Below are positions 19,102 to 28,525 of a DNA stretch of 32,000 nt, one piece after another (position 1 is the first letter of the stretch; every line of letters starts with the position of its first letter). Below the pieces are notes generated by a model. The model worked only from the letters and a program-made list of their open reading frames with translations. It was not told the origin of the DNA and made no database searches. This DNA comes from Promethearchaeum syntrophicum. GTDB taxonomy: Archaea > Asgardarchaeota > Lokiarchaeia > Sigyniarchaeales > Promethearchaeaceae. The DNA lies in the NCBI RefSeq assembly GCF_008000775.2, contig NZ_CP042905.2:1560001-1592000 (forward strand), in the 5' to 3' direction. The position numbers and the translations under genes are program-made.

Positions 19102-20142
19102 TCATCTTTTGTAGGATTTTGTAGGTTTTACATCTAATTTATTTTCTTCAATCATTCGCATGCAAAATGGAGTGTTATGCAATTTTCCAGACATATGTAA
19201 GGAAACAGAATTACATCCTCCTTTACATCTGTCCGCAAAATAACATCCTTGGCAGTTCGCTCCAATGTTTTCTACAGTAAATTTTCGATTATATCTAAAC
19301 GAATTGGGGTCCTCCCAAATATCAATAAAACTCCTTTCTCTAATATTATCTTCAATAAATTGATTATTTCCCATCGAAAGACACCCAACTATTCCTCCAT
19401 CGGATGTTATTCCTATTGAGGATATCCCCGCAGTACATCCCTTCCAATGGCCTCCTCCTTGGAGTAAATGTGAAAAATAGCCAAAGCAATGCGCGCCAAT
19501 TACAGGATATTCCTTGAATTTATTTTTGATTCCTTCAGAGACAATAAACATCGGAATTGCATAATATTCATCTTCATCAATTATAAGGTTTGGATCAAGA
19601 TTTCCAAAGGGCATTCCGATCTGAATCTGCCAATTCACTTTCTTTTTTTTTAAAATATCCCGAATAGCAAGCAGTTCTGAGAAATTAGTTTTCGTTACTG
19701 TTGTAATTACCGTAGTTTGTATTCCATTTTGATTTAATAGATCAATGGTTTTCATTACTGCCTTGTAGGATCCTTCTCTCCTAATTGAATCATGGGTTTT
19801 TTCAGTTCCGTCCAATGAAATTCCAATAACGCTCGTTTCCAACTCAACAAGATCATTGATATATTTTGGTATCAAGAGCCCATTTGAAACAAAAGCTAGT
19901 TCCATGCCTAAATCTTTAACGCACCAAGCAAGAGACTTCCAATCTTTTCTTACGAAGGGCTCACCACCCATTAAGCTTACTGTATTACAACCTGATTGTG
20001 CTAAATCTTCGCATAACTTAAAACATTCGTCTGTCGATAATTCATTCTCTCTAGCAGTACCTGCGCTTGAACCACAATGTTTACAATTCATATTACACGC
20101 TAATGTTGTTTCCCACACAGCACAATCAAGTTTATATTTCAT
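19102..20142 (-). CDS. Radical SAM / SPASM domain protein
   Basis: 346 aa; ETTLACNMNCKHCGSSAG (CxxxCxxC), SLMGGEPFVR, C-terminal cysteine pattern CTAG...GCLSMG...CQGCYFADRCKGGCN...FCMRM. Confidence 0.92.
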   Translation of the reverse strand: MKYKLDCAVWETTLACNMNCKHCGSSAGTARENELSTDECFKLCEDLAQSGCNTVSLMGGEPFVRKDWKSLAWCVKDLGMELAFVSNGLLIPKYINDLVELETSVIGISLDGTEKTHDSIRREGSYKAVMKTIDLLNQNGIQTTVITTVTKTNFSELLAIRDILKKKKVNWQIQIGMPFGNLDPNLIIDEDEYYAIPMFIVSEGIKNKFKEYPVIGAHCFGYFSHLLQGGGHWKGCTAGISSIGITSDGGIVGCLSMGNNQFIEDNIRERSFIDIWEDPNSFRYNRKFTVENIGANCQGCYFADRCKGGCNSVSLHMSGKLHNTPFCMRMIEENKLDVKPTKSYKR

Positions 20143-20279
20143 CCGAAAATCATCAATATTTTATCTAACTATTATGTGGATTAATAATAAATCTTGTATT
20201 TAAACATTTGAGGTAAGAATATCGTACATTTAATGGGAAGAATAATAAAAAAGTGAACGAAAAAAAGAAAAATTCAATA

Positions 20280-21521
20280 TTATGGATAAATTCCCCTAAT
20301 CTCCTCTGCAAATGCAACTCTTTTTATTGCTAATATCAGAGCTGCTGATCGGAAACTTATATCCCTCTCTGTTCTAAGGGTATACACTTCATTAAACACT
20401 TTGACAATTATTCGTTGAAGTTCTTCCTCAACACGCCCTAAACTCCATGCTAATTGCTGAAAACCTTGAACCCACTCAAAATAAGATACAATGACTCCTC
20501 CTGCGTTAGCTAAAATATCCGGAATTACTGGAATATTTCTGTCCCATAGTATTTTATCTGCTTTCAAAGAGATTGCAGCATTCGCACCTTCAATAATTCG
20601 CCGACATTTCAGATTATTCACATTATTTTCGGTAATTTGATGGTAGGTAGCACACGGAATTAACCAATCACATTCCATTGTTAAAAGTGTTTCATTTGTG
20701 ATTTTTTCTGCATTAGGATAATCCAATAAGTTGCCGTGCTTAAGTTTGTAATCAATCACATCCTGAACATCTAAACCTTCTTGATGATATATTCCATTTT
20801 TACTATCGGAAATTGCAATCACTTTTGCTCCTAATTTATCGGTAGCAAGCGCAAAATTACGCCCAACTTGGCCGATTCCTTGGATTACAACGCTTTGACC
20901 TTGAATTTCTTCTAATTCTTTGCGTGCCCATTCATGAAGTATATATCCAATACCTAACCCTACGGCTTGTTCTCGTCCGTATATGCCTCCGGTATCGATT
21001 GGTTTGCCCGTAACTACTCGATGCGTTGTGTGTCCTATGCCTACGGAATAAGTATCCATTATCCATGACATTATTCGTTCATCTGTATTTAAGTCAGGTC
21101 CCATTACATCTTGTTCAGGACCAATTACGTTGATTACTGCCGCCGTATAACGGCGTACTAATCGTTCAAGCTCTTTATCAGAAAGAGTATTTATATCTAC
21201 TTGGATTGCACCTCCAGAACCCCCAAGGGGGATACCTACTAACGCAGTTTTTAAAGTCATTATAGTGGCTAACGCTTTCGTATCATCCAAAGAAATATCG
21301 GAGTTGATGATGAGACCTCCCTTAGCAGGACCGATTGTATTTGAATGAAGCACTCGAAAACCTTGGATCATTTGTAATGATTTATCATCACGTTTTAATG
21401 GACAATTAACTACAACCATACGTTCTGCCTTGGTTAACAATAGAAGCTCCTTGTTATCTATCCCTATTTTTCTGCCAATGCTAAATATTTTTTCATTCGT
21501 ATCTTCTAGAAGAGATCCCAT
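20280..21521 (-). CDS. Glutamate dehydrogenase-family protein, divergent (catalytic Lys position substituted)
   Basis: 413 aa; GFRVLHSNTIGPAKGGL, VVIQGIGQVGRNFAL dinucleotide motif, EGANAAISLKADKIL; GIPLGGSGGAIQVD in place of GxPxGGAKGGxxxNP. Confidence 0.88.
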   Translation of the reverse strand: MGSLLEDTNEKIFSIGRKIGIDNKELLLLTKAERMVVVNCPLKRDDKSLQMIQGFRVLHSNTIGPAKGGLIINSDISLDDTKALATIMTLKTALVGIPLGGSGGAIQVDINTLSDKELERLVRRYTAAVINVIGPEQDVMGPDLNTDERIMSWIMDTYSVGIGHTTHRVVTGKPIDTGGIYGREQAVGLGIGYILHEWARKELEEIQGQSVVIQGIGQVGRNFALATDKLGAKVIAISDSKNGIYHQEGLDVQDVIDYKLKHGNLLDYPNAEKITNETLLTMECDWLIPCATYHQITENNVNNLKCRRIIEGANAAISLKADKILWDRNIPVIPDILANAGGVIVSYFEWVQGFQQLAWSLGRVEEELQRIIVKVFNEVYTLRTERDISFRSAALILAIKRVAFAEEIRGIYP

Positions 21522-21540
21522 TTAGTGCAACTCCAGTTTA

Positions 21541-22800
21541 TTATGGATAAATTCCCCGTAATTCAACCGCTTTAGCCACTCGTTGAACGGCAATTAAATA
21601 AGCAGCTAACCGATAACTAATTTTCTTTTCATTCTTTAGATCTCTAATTGCATCAAAAGCACGTTTCAAAATTGTTTCTAATTGTTTATTAACTTCATCT
21701 AAATCCCAGAAAAGACCTTGTCGGTCTTGGATCCACTCGAAATACGAAACTGTCACTCCGCCAGCGTTAGCTAGCACATCTGGAACCACATCAATACCAT
21801 TTTTATTCAAAATCTCGTCTGCTTCAGGAGTAGTAGGTCCGTTTGCACCTTCAACTATAACTTTACAATTTAACTTTGATGCATTTTCAATCGTAATTTG
21901 ATTTTCTAAGGCACAAGGGCAGAGGAAATCACATTTTAATTCCAATAATTCTTTATTGCTTATCTTTTTAGCTTTGGTATATCCTTCAAGTGTACGATGT
22001 TCGGGATCATTTATGTAAGCAAACATTTCATCAATATCTAATCCATCTGGATTATAATATCCTCCCGAAATATCAGATGTGGCAATAATTTTATATCCGT
22101 AACTTTTGAGAGTTGTACAAGTATATTGACCTACATTACCGAAACCCTGAACAACAACAGAGCAGTCTTCAGGTTTCATATCATGATTTTTTGCATATTG
22201 ATCTGCAACATATGCAACACCGTGACCCGTAGCTTGTGTTCTTCCTAAACTGCCTCCAATTTCTACTGGTTTACCTGTTACCACACCACTAATTGTTGCC
22301 CCTTTTGCCATGGAATAAACATCCATGATCCAAGCCATCATTTGGGGAGTAGTATTCATATCTGGTGCTGGAATATCGATCTCTGGCCCAATAACATTAA
22401 TTATTCCCTGAGTGAACCTTCTGGTTAATCTCTCCAATTCATTTTGGCTCATTTCATGAGGGTTGCATGTAACTCCACCTTTGGCACCTCCAAGAGGTAT
22501 GCCAACAGTAGCACATTTCCATGTCATCCACATTGATAAGGCTTTAACTTCATCCATATCAACATTTTGAGCATAACGTATTCCACCTTTTCCCGGTCCA
22601 CGTGCATTTGAGTGTAAAATTCTGAATCCTTCAAAAACTTTCAAGGATCCATCATCCATCTTCACGGGGCAATTCACAATAACTATTCTCTGCGGGTGAG
22701 ATAGATATTCATATAGGTCTTTGTTGAGATCTAAGTAATCACAAGCATTTCTTAACTGTTTGAGGGCGTTTTCCCACGGATTTCCAGTCATTTTATTCAA
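21541..22800 (-). CDS. gdhA: Glutamate dehydrogenase (NAD(P)-dependent)
   Basis: 419 aa; GFRILHSNARGPGKGGIRY, GIPLGGAKGGVTCNP, IPAPDMNT, VVQGFGNVGQYT. Confidence 0.93.
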   Translation of the reverse strand: MNKMTGNPWENALKQLRNACDYLDLNKDLYEYLSHPQRIVIVNCPVKMDDGSLKVFEGFRILHSNARGPGKGGIRYAQNVDMDEVKALSMWMTWKCATVGIPLGGAKGGVTCNPHEMSQNELERLTRRFTQGIINVIGPEIDIPAPDMNTTPQMMAWIMDVYSMAKGATISGVVTGKPVEIGGSLGRTQATGHGVAYVADQYAKNHDMKPEDCSVVVQGFGNVGQYTCTTLKSYGYKIIATSDISGGYYNPDGLDIDEMFAYINDPEHRTLEGYTKAKKISNKELLELKCDFLCPCALENQITIENASKLNCKVIVEGANGPTTPEADEILNKNGIDVVPDVLANAGGVTVSYFEWIQDRQGLFWDLDEVNKQLETILKRAFDAIRDLKNEKKISYRLAAYLIAVQRVAKAVELRGIYP

Positions 22801-23147
22801 CTTATATTTTTTTTTTAAATGAGTAGTACGAAATGATCAATACTGATCATGGAAGGTATAGTTTCCTTCCTTATATAATTGAGTAAAATGTATTTTTGGA
22901 AAAAAATTGTTATGAATTTTATATTTTTGGGTAAAATGTGGGCAAATTTTTCCCACTCATATCACTAAATTAATACTAAGTTCGAAATATAAATTAGCGG
23001 AATGGGGGGCTAAGAATAAAACATAATTAGAAAAAAAGAATAATAAAAGTGAATAATATACAATTCAAATCCCTAAAAATCTCTTTATATTTCTTCTATT
23101 AGACCTTTCATAAATGTGAGTTTATTCAAGATTTAATAAAAAAACGA

Positions 23148-24941
23148 TCAATTTTCTTTCAAGCTTCTGATCTTTTCTTGAATCTGTTTCTGAAAATCTT
23201 GGTCAGACGTACCTGGATTACGGTAAATATTTCTCGGGTGGTCTAATCTGACTTGATTGATGCAATTATCACAAAAATTACAGATGCAGAGAGAATGCAT
23301 AACATCTCCTCGTTGAGATATCATTGAAACGTGATAAGGTACTCCATGTTTTGAACATCTTTTACATTGATTACTTCTCAGAAGCATTTCTGCCCGTTCC
23401 CGTTCAATTTTTAGGGCATCACTCTTGTGAATATTCTCCTTTTGAAATTCTAATGAATTTATAAATAATACTGGATTTTCGATTACAAAATCATCATTAA
23501 TGACCCTATATCCTTCTAAAAATTCCCACCTTTTCAAATTTTCTTCTAATATCGAAATGGACATGTTGTATAACTTTAAAATATCTCCTACTTTGATTTG
23601 AAATGTGATTTGACTCATCCGCTTAATTTCATCCAGTAACCATAATTCTGGGTTATCTTGCTTATTTATTTTTTGACGATATAATGGTTTATCCCTCACA
23701 TTCGCACGAAGAGGATCTCTCAGCAAAACTGCTTTAATATCGTTTAAACTATCTTCTGGAGGGTTTATCTTGAAATATTTTTCGTTGGCTCTCAAAACCA
23801 ATTCTTCCAAGGAATTTCTGGCTTGTCTTCGCTTATGGAAAAAATCAACCGCATGGATAAAATAAATACTTGCTTCTAAGAGATGTCCTTGATATAAGAG
23901 CACATTACCCATTCCATTCCATGCATTACAGATATTCAGTCGTGCTTTCATTGCGAGGGTGAAATAATTTTCTGCTTCAATATACCTTTCCTGAGCCATC
24001 ATAAGCATGCCCAAAAAATAGTAAGTTTCTTTTTTGTTATGTTTCGATTTCAGGGCGTTAAGAAACATTCTCTCAGCTTTTGGATAATCTTTTCTGAGAT
24101 TCATAGCAATCAAGCCCAAATAATCCTTAGCATGGTACATTTCGGGATTAAATTTCAATGTTTGATGAAAATCACTCTCAGCACCTTCGACATCCCCATC
24201 CAAATATTTTTGTAGCCCATTTTTCAGATATGCTTCACTTTTATCACTCAAACATTTTCGTTCTTTGCTTTTTTGTTCTACCATTTGTATAAATTCCCTT
24301 AGTTTTTCACTCTTTTTTCCTTCATGTATTTTATCTAAGAATTTTTTCGTATAAAGATCAGGACCAGTTATTTCATTTGCATTCTGATTGATGAGTTGGC
24401 GCTCGTATTCTTCCTTTTTTTGGGTTGGGATTGATTTCATCTTATGGAAATTCTTGGCAATGGGGATTTTAGATAGGATAGATGTGAAATACGGGTTGAA
24501 ATCTAAATACCCTTTTCTATCAATACCCGTAAACGTATATCTGAATCTCCATTGAGATCCAGTAGATTCATAAAAAGCTAAATGGACTTGAGTGAGTTGG
24601 TCACAAATTGTGATGCTCATGCTTAGGTTTGTATTTTTTGCTGTGATAGAATAATGGTAAATTCTCTCATTATCGGGACACACTTCGACGGTACCCTTTC
24701 TGATCGGAGATTCCCAAAATGTTTTTCGTTCTCCGAATATGGATAATTCTATATTGATCATGTCGTATTGGGTCTGATTCAGCAAAATTAATCCATGTTC
24801 ATCCCGTTTATATATGCGTCGATTTTTTCCTGTGATTTCCTTGTTTCCAAAAATTTCAAATTCAACATTTAAAATTTTTTTTGGGTAGGGAGTCAAATCC
24901 AAAATTTCCGCTTTTTCGGAATATTGAATCTCTATTGGCAT
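23148..24941 (-). CDS. TPR-containing protein with Cys-rich C-terminal zinc-binding-like module
   Basis: 597 aa; central TPR units (EGAESDFHQTLKFNPEMYHAKDYLGLIAMN, PKAERMFLNALKSKHNKKETYYFLGMLMMAQERYIEAENYF); C-term CKRCSKHG...LCICNFCDNC. Confidence 0.72.
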   Translation of the reverse strand: MPIEIQYSEKAEILDLTPYPKKILNVEFEIFGNKEITGKNRRIYKRDEHGLILLNQTQYDMINIELSIFGERKTFWESPIRKGTVEVCPDNERIYHYSITAKNTNLSMSITICDQLTQVHLAFYESTGSQWRFRYTFTGIDRKGYLDFNPYFTSILSKIPIAKNFHKMKSIPTQKKEEYERQLINQNANEITGPDLYTKKFLDKIHEGKKSEKLREFIQMVEQKSKERKCLSDKSEAYLKNGLQKYLDGDVEGAESDFHQTLKFNPEMYHAKDYLGLIAMNLRKDYPKAERMFLNALKSKHNKKETYYFLGMLMMAQERYIEAENYFTLAMKARLNICNAWNGMGNVLLYQGHLLEASIYFIHAVDFFHKRRQARNSLEELVLRANEKYFKINPPEDSLNDIKAVLLRDPLRANVRDKPLYRQKINKQDNPELWLLDEIKRMSQITFQIKVGDILKLYNMSISILEENLKRWEFLEGYRVINDDFVIENPVLFINSLEFQKENIHKSDALKIERERAEMLLRSNQCKRCSKHGVPYHVSMISQRGDVMHSLCICNFCDNCINQVRLDHPRNIYRNPGTSDQDFQKQIQEKIRSLKEN

Positions 24942-25149
24942 ATTAATTAACGCCTATCTTTTTTCTTTCTGACATATAAACATTTTTTTACGAATATATA
25001 ATTATGGATTGAGCATGAAGGGAAATAAAACATATCGAAAGGGGATTTGAAAACTTAGCAATGTTTTATTATTTTATTAAATCGACGCAAACAAGCTTTT
25101 TATTACAAATCTTTTAATAAATGATAAATCTCATTATATGTGAATCTTC

Positions 25150-25947
25150 ATGAAGGCAAAAAAAATTTTAGTGTTGGTAAAAGCATATCCTGAACGAAGT
25201 AAATCTTATGGGTCGTCAGTTTGTACAGCAGGAATTACTAAAGAAGGAAAATGGATTAGAATCTATCCTATTCGTCTTGAACGTTATGATAGTAATCATG
25301 AAGTTATAAAGAAATGGTCATGGATAGAAGCCTATGTTGAAAAATCAAATGAAAAACTTAATCGAATAGAGTCCTATAAGGTAAATGAGAATACAATTAA
25401 ACTAATTGATGATACATTAACAAAAACTTCAAGTAATTTAAAAATCTGGTATAACCGAAATAATATAATATTTCCAAAATTTCTCAATAAATCAATTGAA
25501 GAGCTAGAACAATTAAAAAAAGATCAAAAAATGTCATTAGGACTTATAAAACCTAAGAATTTTGAATTTTATTTGAAGAAGCCAATTGAAGAAATTGAAG
25601 TAAAAGAACAAAAACTAATTCAAACTACTTTGCATGGAAGGAAAATTAAAACTCCAGATGAAATTGGAAATCATTTTGCGTATAAATTTAAGTGTAGTGA
25701 TGAAAACTGTAAGGGTCACAATATGATTTGTGAAGACTGGGAAATTAGAGAATCTTTTAGAAAGTGGCGTAAAATCTATCAAAATAAAAAAGAATTAGAG
25801 GAAAAATTATTTTATAAGTATCAAACCTTTATGGAAAATCGTGATTTGTATTTTATAATGGGAACAACAAATCCTTATAATAAGTGGGTTATAATCGGGT
25901 TATATTATCCCCCAAAAAGAAAAAATAAATCATTACTTGATTTTTAG
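25150..25947 (+). CDS. Conserved hypothetical protein with OB-like N-terminus (possible dual-OB family)
   Basis: 265 aa; KKILVLVKAYPERSKSYGSSVCTAGITKEGKWIRIYPIRLERYD and a C-terminal TNPYNKWVIIGLYYPPK. Family placement from memory only. Confidence 0.5.
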   Translation: MKAKKILVLVKAYPERSKSYGSSVCTAGITKEGKWIRIYPIRLERYDSNHEVIKKWSWIEAYVEKSNEKLNRIESYKVNENTIKLIDDTLTKTSSNLKIWYNRNNIIFPKFLNKSIEELEQLKKDQKMSLGLIKPKNFEFYLKKPIEEIEVKEQKLIQTTLHGRKIKTPDEIGNHFAYKFKCSDENCKGHNMICEDWEIRESFRKWRKIYQNKKELEEKLFYKYQTFMENRDLYFIMGTTNPYNKWVIIGLYYPPKRKNKSLLDF

Positions 25948-25966
25948 CATAAAAAATACAACGTAT

Positions 25967-26833
25967 TTAAATTGAGTTAACTAAAATCCCTTTCTTCTGT
26001 ATATAATTACCAATTTGTCGACGATGACAGAAATTTTCATCTTTTTCAAAACACATTAAAGCAATTCTTTCCATTTTTCCTAATTTCAAAATTTTATTAA
26101 TGTAAATTTCCTTTCTTGGTAAAAATTTCCTATATTGAGTAAATAATTCTTGGTAATCTTCTTTTGTCTTTAGGTTTTCTCTCAGATTTTTTGGGACACC
26201 TAATTCTGGAATATGGATGTATCTTATATCAACCTTTTTTAAACTCTTTATCAATCTGCCTTTATTAAACATATATTTCATTGATCTTGGATTTTTACGC
26301 ACATCAATCAAAATATTGATATTATTTGAAATTAATTCAAATAAAAATTGATCTATATCTTTACCTTCATATCCTATCAGGAATATCCCTGGATTAGACG
26401 GTAATTTAATTTTAATCGGGATTTTTTTCCTTTCTGATTTACATGTATAAGTTGGATATTTTGAATAAATTTCATTAATAAGGTTTTCAATTGATCCAAA
26501 TTTGTTAATATATCTGCTAACGAAATTTTTCTGATCATGAGAAATTTCCAATTCATCTTTACCTTTTTTTGTAAGTTGGGGAATATATTTTGAATCCGCT
26601 TGATTATCAATTAAATATCCTTTTTGTATTAAATAATTAATATCGGAATACATAGCAGAAGAAAATGGTCCAAATTTATAGGGATGAAAGTGATATGTTG
26701 AAAATTTTGGTGTTTTTTCTTTTGTAATTAAAAACATTAATTTAGTTAAATGCAATTTAGTCATATGATTTATGTCGGATAAATGGTGGATCAATCCTAA
26801 TAACAATCTTTGTTTTTTAAACAAATCTAACAC
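25967..26833 (-). CDS. Fusion of N-terminal winged-helix-like domain with C-terminal DUF488 domain
   Basis: 288 aa; N-term LHLTKLMFLITKE...YKFGPFSSAMYSDINYLIQKGYL; C-term IFLIGYEGKDIDQFLFELISNNINILIDVRKNPRS...ALMCFEKDENFCHRRQI is a classic DUF488 pattern. Confidence 0.8.
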   Translation of the reverse strand: MLDLFKKQRLLLGLIHHLSDINHMTKLHLTKLMFLITKEKTPKFSTYHFHPYKFGPFSSAMYSDINYLIQKGYLIDNQADSKYIPQLTKKGKDELEISHDQKNFVSRYINKFGSIENLINEIYSKYPTYTCKSERKKIPIKIKLPSNPGIFLIGYEGKDIDQFLFELISNNINILIDVRKNPRSMKYMFNKGRLIKSLKKVDIRYIHIPELGVPKNLRENLKTKEDYQELFTQYRKFLPRKEIYINKILKLGKMERIALMCFEKDENFCHRRQIGNYIQKKGILVNSI

Positions 26834-26936
26834 CTAGATTAATAAAAGTATATTTGTGTATAAAAGAATATAGATAATCTTGAATTATCAAAAAAATATT
26901 TGAAGAAAAAAAAATTTTTAAGTTCACTAAGAATGT

Positions 26937-28283
<1,347 letters not shown>

Positions 28284-28525
28284 TCACTACCAATCCGAAT
28301 AAAATTCCTATTGAATATTTCATCCGTGTATTGATACTGCTAAAAAATTTCGATTCCTACTAAAATATTTCGGAATCTTGAAGAAAAAATGGAGAACTAT
28401 TAAGAAAAATTATGAGAAAAATGCAATTATGGAATATTATGTGTTTATTTTTTGATCAAAACACCGAAAAGAAAAATAGAAAAATATAAAAATGTAAAAA
28501 AGGGAAATTGAAATGGAAATTTTTT

